Below, one piece after another: positions 12,701 through 25,882 of a DNA stretch of 64,000 nucleotides. Source of the DNA: Lytechinus pictus (taxonomy: Eukaryota); NCBI RefSeq assembly GCF_037042905.1, contig NC_087245.1:24244001-24308000 (forward strand). Direction: 5' to 3'. The notes beneath the pieces are model-generated. The model was not told the DNA's origin, made no database searches, and saw only the letters and a list, made by a program, of their open reading frames with translations. Position numbers and translations under genes: made by a program. The first letter of the stretch is position 1. The number at the start of each line of letters is the position of its first letter.

Positions 12701-15700
12701 GGGTGCTGATTCCGAATCTGAATGATGCCACTCTTGTAACCTTGAGCATTTTCCGCAAATTGGCAAAATCCAATATGGCCGCCAAAATATGCAAATTACC
12801 CATGAAAATCATAAAATTGCCCACACATTAGCTATAAAATGCATGTAGTTGTTGTGCAGAAGTGAAATCCCAATTGGAAAAGCGATATTTGACAAAATAT
12901 TTATTTTATTGATATTCAAAATGGCCGCCATAACCCCTGTATACTTAATTATGTAGAATATGAATGGGGAAAAATATTTTTTCAAACAAGAGCACTATTA
13001 TTGCATGTGATTGTGACCTGCGAGTGGACTACTGTCTGAAAACATGACTATTAACAAAACTATGTCATTTGTATACTATCTAATGTGATAAATGCTGTAT
13101 TATGATATTCAAAATGGCTGTCATAGACCCATTATACTGTGTACAATATATAAAAGGGGACAAATAATTTTCACAACCTTTGAATTTGTTTGACTTTAAA
13201 ATGCCAATAACTGCGAAATATTGGTGTAACACTGTCTGACAACAAGGATTTATAACGAAACATATCATTTCCCTTGCAATTTCGGTAATTATGCTGCATG
13301 TTGACATTCAAAATGGCTGCCTTAGGCCCTATCTGTATGAACAAAGCGAATGAAGAAACTAATTTTCACAAGAGTAAAAACAATAAAATGAATGTAATTG
13401 TAATCTACGAGTGAAATATTGTCTAAAAACATGTTTTCTGGCGAAACATATCATTTCCTTTTTCATGCATGAGATAAATGCTGTATTGTAAAATTCAAAA
13501 TGGCCCATATGGGCCCTTACAGTAATATCTACAATGTAAATGGGGATAAATACTTTTGAAAGAATTAAGATTTGCCTGACTATGAAATCTATATAATTCT
13601 GTTGTATAAGGAAAATATTGTTTGAAAACGTGATTTTTTTAATGAAATATAACATTTCCTCTCCCATGTAGGTGATAAATACTGTATTTTGACTTTCAAA
13701 ACGGCCGCACAAGCCCCTACAAATTATGTAACATGCGTATAGGGAAACTAATCATCACCAGAATGAGAACCAAAAACGCACGTAACTATGTGATGTATAG
13801 GTAAAATTTTGTCTTGAACATGATTTCTGACTAAATGCATCACATAATGGTTGAGAAGGTAATAAAGGCCTTACTTTGAAATTCAAAATTGCTGCCATAG
13901 CCCAAAGTAGTATGTACATGTACATTGTAACTGGGGACAGATAATTTTGACAAAATTTTTACGATGAAAATGGCTTAATTTTGATGTAAGTGTTAAGTAT
14001 TGTCTAAACCCAATGATTTCTAACGAAATATATCATAGCTTGTGTCATAATGGTGATGAATGCAGCCTTTTAAAAATGAAAAATGGCCGCCATAGTCCCT
14101 TATCTTAATATGTACAATTTGAATGGGGAAAGATAATTTCCACAAAGAAACATATTGCAGCCATTTTGAAATTTAAATATAGCATTTATCACCTACATAA
14201 CATAAGAAATTATCTATTTGGTTACAAAATCATATTTTCAGACGATATTTCACTCAAACATGCAACACCATTTAGTCAAGCAAAGCCAAATTCTGTTAAA
14301 ATTATATGTTCCCATTCACAAAGTACATAATAGGCCTACCGCTAGGGCCTGTAGCGGCCATTTTGACTTTCAAAATACATTATTTATCACCTACCTGGCA
14401 GAATGAATGATATATCTTGTTAGAAATTATGTTTTCAGACAATATTTTACTCTTAAATCACAATTATATGCATGTTATGGTGCTGACTCCTGTGAAAATT
14501 GGTTTCCCAGATCGATTGTACATAATATAGTCAATGTCTTTTGGCGGCCATTTTGAAAGTAAAAATACATTATTTAACACAAATATGAAACCCGAATAAT
14601 ATATTTCTTTGCAAATTATATTTGAAGACAGTATTCCATTAATTTACCACAAAAAATAAACGTTTTAGTGCTCACCTTGTGATTTTTTTGTGTCACCATT
14701 CACATTGTACATAATAGTTTTAGGGCTTTTGGATGCCATTTTGAATATCAAAATACAGGATTTATCACATAACTGACATAACAAATGATATATATCGTTA
14801 GCAATCATGTTGTCAGACATTGCTTCACTCATAGATCATAATTACTTGCATTTCAGTGCTCAATTTTGTAAAAATTAATTTTCCCCATTCATATTGTACA
14901 GGGGTCTATGATGGCGGCCATTTTGATATCAAGAAAATAAATATTTTGAGAAAAATCATTTTTTTCAGATATTATTTCACTCCGGCAGCACAATTGCATG
15001 TACTTTATAGCCAATGTGTGGACAATTTTATGATTTTCATGGGTAATTTGAATATTTTGGCGGCCATATTGGATTTTGCCAATTTGCAGAAAATGCTTAA
15101 GGTTACACGAGTGGCATCATTCAGATTCGGAATCAGCACCCTCGAATTGACAAGAAACCATCAAAAAACATTGTATATATAAAAAAAACAAGGTTCGACC
15201 CCTTCTATCCTGGACTATAAGTAAGTAGTCGCATTTAGTGCTAGCGACCTATAGAGACCAGTCTTGCGACTGGGTGCGATAATATATAGGCCATATGACT
15301 GTTGCAAGACCTATCGCAACACGGCTAACAGCATTGCACCACTGTTGCATTCGCATGTATGAGACCGTTCCTCGGTGTTATAAAATAGGAGTTAAGAATA
15401 AATAAAAAGAGAGGGCAGAAAATATAAGAAAAAAAATTTATAAACTGCACGAAATCAAAAGGGAAAGATAAGTTTATATTTGGTTTTTTTTCTTTTAAAA
15501 CACAAATCAAACTTTTCCGAAATAAAACCTAGAGAAAATAGGGTGAAGGACATTCCTCCCTCAACAAATAGGCCCGTATACTGAATTCGCGTTTAAATTA
15601 CACTCTTCTAAGGTTGTGGTTTAATTATGGATAGCTAATTGTTACGTATATCTGTAATGGTGCAGGTTTAATTCATTTGCTCATTCAAACAAAAGGAAAT

Positions 15701-17926
15701 GTACCAACGCGCATACATACGCGCACCTAGCTCATTGCAGATTGGCTGACAGCCCATTGGAAGCCCCAAGCTATGACTGCTATACTACATTGCTCTGAGT
15801 TCGAATTGGTCTTATACCTCACATCAATCACTCGAACACCTGCACTGGTTTCATTCAAACGTACGAGCAATCGCATATGAAATAACTATATGGACGGATG
15901 CTCGATGGATAGAGCGTAACACCGTATGCAACAAGTACACATACAACGGTTGTATAGCGTTTTCCAACGGATGGCAAGATTTTATTTACGCTTTACATCC
16001 GCTTTGCAGTGCAGTGGGACCGTTCGTTTAAGCCCAGCGCACTACGCGATCCGATATGACACGATTTTTGCTTTTTAATAAATCACATTTTACATTAAAT
16101 ATGAAAGTTCCAAGAAGTGAAATAATTTTATTTGAAGCTCGGCATAATATTAGGAATAATGAAATCATATTTTTGATTTGCGGCAAGCCCTGTGGTCGGA
16201 GTAAAGTCCAAATCGGCTTCAAGTTGCAGCCGATGATGACGTCATTACGATTTGGAATCGAATTTTGTTTTATTCCTATACAGGGAGGCTCGAACTAGAC
16301 TGAATTTCGATTTCAGTAGTCCTACCCCTATTCTGAACTCTGATCGCTAAGATTTTATTGGATGGGATAACCATATTAAATGTTATTACAATTTCTTCGG
16401 ATCGCAACAAACGCATAGAGCGCTCTGAGCATTAGGTCTTAAATCCTTCTTTTATATAGACCCGGCCATTGCAAATGGAATTTTAATCATAGTAGCAAAA
16501 CTGATTTTGGTTTAGGAAAAAAAAATACGAGAATGGGGAATAAGTAAACAGTGTATATTTGAGAAATGAAGCAAATGCAAGTGATAGTCAAGGCAACAAA
16601 GGACATATGTCATGACTTTTCATCGTTGCCTTTGTTTGAGGGCAAAAAAATATGAAAAAATAACTTGTATAACATCGATTGTAAAATGGAATTCAATCAT
16701 AGTAGCAAAAACCATTTTGGTTAAAGAAAAAGAATAGGAGAATGGGGAATAAGTGAACCGTGTATATTTGAAAAATGAAGCAAATGCAAGTGGTAAATCA
16801 AGGCAACGAATGACATATGTCATGACTTTTCATCGTTGCCTTTTATTTGAGGTCAGAATTAATTTAAAAAAAAATACTTGTATAACATCGATAGGATGTT
16901 GTCCTAGGTTCACAAAAAAAGAAAAATATCATTTTGAATTTTGAGTTTAGCTTTGAACATGATTACTCTTCTTCTTCTATTTACTTTTTCTTGTCATTAT
17001 TTTGCTTTTGTTTGCATTATTATAAATAAAGGAGACCTTTACCGTGTTTACAGTCTACTTAAAATTCACGTTGGTATATATAGAGTGACTACAAAGAGTT
17101 AGTGATGTAGACCTACGTACATACAGCTTAAAGTTTTTCTATGTTAAATCTTTCTCCAATCATCTCAGATTTCTTAGGAGCTTTCTCTGTTTTTATGTTG
17201 ATTTCTCTTTGATAAGTAATATGAAATCAAATACCTAGGGGCGGTAGTTTTTTCTTCCTCCTTAGAACCAGCAAAGTCACAAATAAAGCGACTATTCCAA
17301 TGGCTATCAATAGCAGTATAACAGAGATATATATCGCAACCTTGCCTCCGACCCATAGTCCACTCCTCATAGGTTCAACGATCACTGCATCAAAGAAAAA
17401 AAAATCAAATTGAAAATAATGTAATAATAATCATTTCAGAAATGTAAAGAATAGTATTGACACATGGTGTGTTTTGAGTATGTTAACTTTCTTTCGAAAT
17501 TTAGGGTTTCTCTTTTGGGTGCGATATCCTACAGACTGGTTTATTTTTTAGATTCAATTGTTTTCCTCCCGTCCAGCTTTCCTTGTCTGCTTATTTCTTT
17601 TTAAAATATGGGCCTCATCCCTAGCCAGTAATCAAGCAGATTGAGAACTCGATTTCCAGGAGGCAAGGATCCATACCTGAACTAGATTTTATTTTTGCAT
17701 TCGATTCAAAGAGCTCGATGGTAACAGGAACATTTAACCCGTAGTCCTGGGCTTTCATTTGGACAACTCTAGTCTATACCAAACTATTAAAATAGTTTTT
17801 AATAAAATTTTTAGCCAACCCTGGCCAACATGCTGCCCACACATCTATTAGTTAAAATATGCCAAAACCGGGAATAAAAACTAATAATTGGGTAATTAAT
17901 TTGCTCAATTGGATAATAATCGCCCA

Positions 17927-17970
<44 letters not shown>

Positions 17971-20900
17971 ATGAATTTTTGTATGAATTTGTTGTGAATC
18001 AATATTTAAGCATTCTTTGACTATTCTTCATTATTGATTTGATTATCATTTGATTATCATTTTCTTTCCGTGACGGGGGACATACTTCGTTATTTTATCG
18101 TATATATATATGTGTGTGTGAGAGAGGCGTGAATATAATAGTACCAATCGCTTTGATCATTGTATATATTATGTGTGAAGAGTAAAGTAGAATCAAGGAT
18201 GAAAGATAGTATACACTATGTTGTAAAGCTTTCGGCCTCGACCTTCTTCAGTTTTAATTTGCTAAACAAAACAAATAAAGCAAATCATATATATATATAT
18301 GTATATATATATTTTTTTTAACCAACATACATTAGCCAACACAGGGGACAGTATCCAGGATGTTGCCCAACATATTAAGTGTGCATCCTCAAGTAACATA
18401 AAATGGCAACATGAAAATTATTGTTAAAGATCAATAATGACTTCCTCATATTTTCATAACTTCCTCAAGAGTTGAACTTTTGCTTCCAGTTTTTTTTCCT
18501 TTGTATTTTTAAAAGCAGTTCTATCCCGAGGATTTTCAATCCCTTTTTAGCTGGTGGGTGTTTCATAAAGCTGTTTGTTAAAGGTCAAGTCCACCCCAGG
18601 AAAATGCTGACTTGAATAAATAGAGAAAAATCAAACTAGCATAGTGCTGAAAATTTCACCAAAATCGGATGTAAAATAAGAAAGTTATGACATTTTAAAT
18701 TTTCGCTTATTTTTCACAAAACAGTGATATGCACAACTAGGTGAGTCAGTCGATCATGACCATTACTCACTATTTATTTTGTTTCGTATTGTCTGAATTA
18801 TACAATATTTCGATTTTTACAGATTTGACAATAATGGCCATCTTGAGTGAACCTTAAATTGTTTAAACAATAGAAATTTCATTATTCAGTGAGGAATAAA
18901 ACTTTGTTTCGCAGGACAATGATGAGAAAATTATAATAATTCATATTTCATATAATAACATTCAAAAGAAATAGTGAGTGGATGACGTCATAGTCTCCTC
19001 ATTTGCATACCAGCCAGGATGTGCATAATATAACTGTTTTTTTAAATAAAGCGAAACTTAAAAATGTCATAACTTTCTTATTTTACATCCGATTTTGATG
19101 AAATTTTCAGTGTTATACTTGTTGGATTTTTCTCTTTTTATTCAAATAAACTTTTTGTTGGGGTGGACTTGTCCTTTAAGTTACGAATGATTCTGCGATA
19201 ACTGGTTACACGATCTAAACGATATATCAATGTTGTAACCTAGCACGTAAAAGATGTTCAAGTCGTGCGTAACTTAGCGAACATCTTCTTGAAACACCCA
19301 CCAGGCAATTTATTGTTCCATATACCTGTCGACGGAGGTGGAACCAGCACAGTAACGGTTGTTGACATGTCAGTGCCATTGGTTGCATTGCCCCTTACCG
19401 TACAGGTGAAATTCTGTTCTTCGTCTTCTTTAGCAGCCACAGTGATGGTCGCCTCCTCTTCAGATCTACCATCGGGCAATGTCATCCGGGATGGATTTCC
19501 AAGGGGCTGCTTCACTTTACCCGATGACGTCCATTCAAGCGTTACATCGGGTTTGAAGCCACTGACAACACATTCCAGGTTAAAGGGATATGTGTTGGCT
19601 GCTTCAACGATGCACAGATGTTGGTGTGGGTTATTTGTTGACTGAGGGACACAATGTGTTACCTGAGGCATTGATGGAGATGCTGTGTAATGGAAAATAG
19701 ACCGAGTTTCGAGAAACAGTAAGTACAAGAAATTTCGTTTACTTGCCGTCATTCCCAAGATTATGTTACATATTGACCCAGTACACAGAAAACGTATCTG
19801 TATTAACCTATACCTTTGGGACGCCATTAAAAGCGTTTCTTTTTCTCGCTCTAAGGTGGTATAGCCTCTCTAACTTCTTATATTCTAAATCTTTAAAAGT
19901 ATTCTGGATAGATGAAAATGTCATCCGTTATTTTGTTAGAGGTTTATTTCAAAAGTGAAAACCCGGGCGCCCCTGTTTATCAGCCCTCCCTTCCCGAAAA
20001 AAAACCTTAATCGGCTGACTATCAAGTATGCACACAGTCGACTACTTACCGTAGATGGTGAGTTCAGAACTATTAACGTAACCATCTCCTGAATCAAGTT
20101 CTAATGTGCAAGTGTATTCTCCTTCGTCTGACACCGTTAAATTCAGGATATCGACTGAATAGTCACCATTCAAACGAAACCTTTCATCGAAGCTCACAAG
20201 TTCACCTTTGAAATACGATACTTTTGTTTCACCAGTGCTGTTCGTCCAGTACAATGCAAGGACATCCGTGTAGGGGAATTCACATGGGAGACGTACCGTC
20301 TCACCAAACCATCCTATTGCATGTTTTTCTGTATATACCCTGGCCAAACAACCTATGAAAAAAGTGAGAGGAGAAAGGTGATATTGAATTCTAAATGAAG
20401 AGTCATTGACTATTATCATTGAGCAAAACGAAATGATTCATTGAAAGTGCATTGTTTGTAAGTTAGGTCTATTTTTTTTAATGTATCTTGTCAGAGTCAA
20501 GACATCGACTTGAGTCAATGCAAGAGTATTTATTGGACTCACTGATAACACTTCAAGGAGCCAAATTGCTTCTATCATGCATGGCCGAACAATTTAGCCA
20601 TGTCTGAAAGAACTTATTAGCAAATATATATTGTGATGGCAACATCATACATACCACTATATAGATCATGAGCCAGTTTTGAAACTTGCTGACTTTGGTC
20701 GGGAGTTTTCTTTTGGGTTACAGTAAATGCATGGATTCTGATGATTGACTGACTTTTTCTACTTTATCGCCCTTTTACTTTTAGGCTGTATCTGTTGAAG
20801 GTAATCCAATAGAGCTCTTACTAATCAATATTGGACCCATTACGGATATCGTTTCTTTCATTTTAAATTGAACTAACCAACAATTCAATGTCTTGATGAG

Positions 20901-23900
20901 AAAGTATCTCATGTCAATTTAAGGGGGAAGGCTATAGTGACCCCTTTTGTATATCCTGGATATTACGAAGTTGCTCTTTAAGCAATAATAAATCATAGAC
21001 CATTTATCTTAACCTACATTATCTCTTTCGTCTCAGTTAGATGATCCATTTCAGAAATTACATTTAATTCTTGGTATCCTTGTTATACAGGCCAATATTA
21101 AGAGTTCGTATCTTGTTCATAATTTTGCAGTTTGTATAGACATAAGATTATTGTGTATTCTGCATCAAGACCCCACTCTTTCCCAGTAGTTTTGTTCAAT
21201 TCATTTCTTTTGTATAGGGGCGAGTCTAAGGTAATGCCCCCTCAGATGTCAAAAATTCATCTGATTTAAGGACGTTCCACAGTTATGTTTGTGCGCATCA
21301 TGATCTGCGCATATTTTACACTCTGCGCGCTGACGTCATAATGGATGAACTGCACTGCTTATTAATCACCTGTATAGGTATATGTTAGCTGATTTTTCTC
21401 CTAATCTGCACTAACTGCAGATCCGATGTGTTATTTTATGAAACTAATAAACTGGAATTATTCCATGGACCATTTTTTTTTATTCCTCTACAATCTCAAA
21501 ACAATTTTCTCTGTAGTGCTGCAAAAGTAAGATGATATGACCCCGAGTTTGAATAAATGGTAGAGTGGTTCGGAAATTTTCCTGACATGATACAAAGCTT
21601 TTGGCGCGTTTTGGGGGGTGTATTAAGAAACACATTTGCTCTAATAAGAGTGCTGATAGTTTGAAAACAAGCACATAAACCCATATTTTTTAAGGTTTGC
21701 ACCTCTTAGGTATACCTTCCTTTACAACCTTGCAAAGTTTGGTGAAAATGACATGGGTTTTGTATAAAGTGCAGCATTTCTTTTTCTTCTCAAGTTTGTT
21801 ATTGAAATTGGAAATTTTTTAGGTTTAGTGTTAGTTATCTTTCCCGCAATTTCTAAGAACTGAGAGTGCTGTTAGACTTAAATGAGCAAACAATTGAAAG
21901 AAATATAAATGAATTATCCATCTTAAGGATACAATTACTAATCATATTGCACAATTTGATGAAATTTTCATGGATTTTGATTGAGTAATAGACCTTTAAA
22001 CTCATTGTTGTGATCTCGTGGAGTCTAAAAATGCCAAATTATTTTGAATGCGCAATTCTTAAAAACATCCGTTTGGATTAACTTTGAAGCTCTGTATAAA
22101 AAAATCAAGCACATGGACCCATGTTAATTTTTGCATATTTGGAATATTCAGGTGCTAAAGTATCTATGTGCAAAGTATGATGGAAATGACATGGATTTTC
22201 AATGTTTGGGAGCAAGACTACGGAACCGTTCGCATTTTAGACGGTATTATCAGACTTTTACTTGTTTTCGGCGCATTTTGGGCTGTTTCAAGCCAACTTG
22301 CAACAGTTTAGACACTGATAGTTTAAAAAAGAGCACATGGACCCCATATTTTTAATATTTCAACGTCTTTAGAATATATTCCTCTATACGATTCTAGAGA
22401 GTAAGAGGAAAATGACATAGAGTTTTGAATGCTTGGAAGCAGAACTACGGAACCATTCGTATATAAATTAGACAGTCACGGGATTATCACACTTTTGCTT
22501 GTTTTCGGCGCATTTCGGGCCGTTTCAAGCCAACTCGCAACACTTTGGACACTGATAGTTTAAAGACGAGCTCATGGACCCCATATTTTTTAATAATTTA
22601 ATGTCTTCAGAATGAATTCCTCTACAAATCTAGAGAGTATGATGAAAATGACGTGGATTTTGAATGTTTGGGAGCGAAATAAGGAACCATTTGCATTTTA
22701 GAGGGTATTATTAGACTTTTGCATGCCTGTTTTCGGCGCATTTTAGGCGATTTTTAAGCCAACTTGCAACATTTTTTACATTAATAGTTTAAAAACGAGC
22801 ACATGGACCCCATATTTTTAATAATTTGATGTCTTCAGAATATATTCTTCTACAAATCTGGACAGTATGATGAAAATGACATGGATTTTGAATGCTTGGG
22901 AGCAAAATATGAAACCATTTGCATTTTAGACGGTATTATTTAATATACTTTTTGCTTGTTTTCGGCGCACATTCGGTGGATTTCAATATTTTCAAGCCAA
23001 ATCACAACACTTTGGACACCGATAGTTTAAAAACTAGCACATGGACCCCATATTTTTAACTTCCCTACACCTTTGATATGCATTCCTAAACAATTTAGCC
23101 GAATTTGATGAAAATGACATGGATTTTGAAAAAAAAGTGCAGCTTAAAAAATACTTTTTTTGGGGGGGGAATAGATTCACGTCTTTGACATGTTTGAAGA
23201 TTTGTTTTTCCGAGATTTTGCACCATTCTTGCCAAATGAGGGCGCTGCCGACTCCAAATAGATATAGTTTTACCAATTAAAATACTTTCTCTTACTTTGG
23301 TATACACTTTGTTATGTATCTTGAAAATTTGATGGACCCTGTATTGTCTCGTATGATTTACAATAATTGGTAAGATAGGATAAGCTCATTAGTTAAGAAA
23401 ATTATACGATTTTCTTGAACCACGTGTCCAATACGTAATGATTTGAGAAACTTTATGTTTTTTTTCTTTAAATATAAAACATTGACCTGATATATATTTT
23501 CAAAAGTTCTAATTTATTTACTCTGACTTCTGAAAAAAAAGAAAACTTATGTGTAAAAATTTAATTAGTCTTATTTATTTTTACTTTTTATGGTACTCTT
23601 TAATTTTTAGTGTACTCTTTTCAACGTTCATAACAAATTCACTGAACAACAAATTTTATCTAAATTGATTTCATATTTCATCATTTCATAACAAAAGAAA
23701 ATCACATATCTATGATTTTTGGCTGAAAACACATTTTGTATTGAAATAGTACACGAAAACACTAGTCTCCTTTATTTTTACTTATTAAAAAATGCTGTAT
23801 GGAACATCTGCCTCACATATGAAATATTACATATGCCTACAAACTGAAAGGGAAATGCATAATACAGTTGAATAGTTTAAAAACTATGTGAAGGTTTAAG

Positions 23901-24292
23901 AAAATAAAAATATTTGTCACTTCGGAACCGTGGTCACGGTTCTCTCGAGTTTGGTCTCAAGACTTTCAAGAAAAGAATTAAATTAAGAATTGTGACAATG
24001 AGATCATTTTGCAATGCAAAATTATCATATGAAATATCGAGGAGTGTACACGTCGAAGATAATTGAGAAAACAAACTAAGATTTTAATGATAAAAAAAAA
24101 ACTAATTCGTAAAAGAGGGAACTTTTATTTGGTTCCCTTACGTTATTGAGGTCTGTAACCGAAACAACAAAACTATTTTGTTTCCTGTGGGATTTTTTTT
24201 TTCTTTATGAATATTATTCTGTTATTTGTTCACCACAGAGACCTTGCATCGATTATTTTTATTATTAAAAGGTACAAGATGAAAAAAATATG

Positions 24293-24329
<37 letters not shown>

Positions 24330-25845
24330 CCTCAATTAGAAATCTGACTTTGATCGATAATTCCTTCTCGGTTTTAGTAAATATCAATGTGTAATTAATA
24401 TCAATGAATAGATCATTTAATTTTCTTTAAAATGATACCCTACATGATATGATTATGGTTCACATGGAGGCGCAGTGTCTTAAAATGTGGGGCAGGGTCA
24501 AAATTCAAAAGTTGCAAAATGACACAATATTGTTCTTTTTTCCGTGGTGATGAGTGAGTTTCTCAGTGGTTTCTTTTGGCTTTGATCGATGATTCCTCCT
24601 CGGTATTATAGTAAATATCATTGTGTTATTAATATCAATTAATAAATCTTTTAATTCTCTTTAAAATGATACTTTACACGATATGATTATGGTTCACATG
24701 GAGGTGAAGTGCCTTGAAATGTGGGGCAAGGTCAAAATTCAAAAGTTGCAAAATGACATAATATTGAAAGTCACTGTTCTTTTTTCAGTGGTGATGAGTG
24801 AGTTTCTCAGCGGTTTGTTTGTTTTAATTGTTTTCATGCACCTTAACATCAAAATTAACATGGAATCAGACATACCTCTGCACAAGCAAACACATAACAA
24901 ACAAACAAACATGCATGGGTATTTCAAACCACGACTCAAACCATGTTGTCTCACAGGACCATTGGGACAGAAGCAGGGGCTTGAATGGATTTCATCTCTA
25001 TTGACACAGACAAAAGAATCATGTTCTATATTCATGGTATTGACCCTTCATGACTATTTCTGCTCGTTTTGCAGCTTTTCAATTCAGACCTCATCCAAAA
25101 CTTTTGAATCCTGCTCTTTTCGTGATAGCATGATCATAACAAGCATGGTATCATTTTAAAGAGAATTAAATGATCTTTTGAGTAATATCAAATATGTTTT
25201 GTGTAAATTTGGGAGTTGGGAGAAATTAATGGCCATACTCAGATTTCCAAACTTTTTTTGCTCGTTTTGCAGCTTTTCAATTCAGACCTCATCCAAAACT
25301 TTTGAATCCTGCTCTTTTCGTGATAGCATGATCATAACAAGCATGGTATCATTTTAAAGAGAATTAAATTATCTTTTGAATAATATCAAATATGTTTTGT
25401 GTAAATTTGGGAGTTGGGAGAAATTAATGGCCATACTCAGATTTCCAAACTTTTTTTGCTCGTTTTGCAGTTTTTCAATTCAGACCTCATCCAAAACTTT
25501 TGAATCCTGCTCTTTTCGTGATTGCATGATTATAACAAGCATGGTATCATTTTAAAGATAATTAAATGATCTTTTGAATGATATCAAATATGTATTGTGT
25601 AAAATTTTGAGTTGGGAGAAATTAATGGCCAAACACAGATTTCCAAACTTTTTTTGCTCGTTTTGCAGTTTTTCAATTCAGACCTCATCCAAAACTTTTG
25701 AATCCTGCTCTTTTCGTGATTGCATGATCATAACAAGCATGGTATCATTTTAAAGAGAATTAAATGATCTTTTGAATGATATCAAATATGTATTGTGTAA
25801 AATTTGGAGTTGGGAGAAATTAATGGCCAAACACAGATTTCCAAA

Positions 25846-25882
<37 letters not shown>

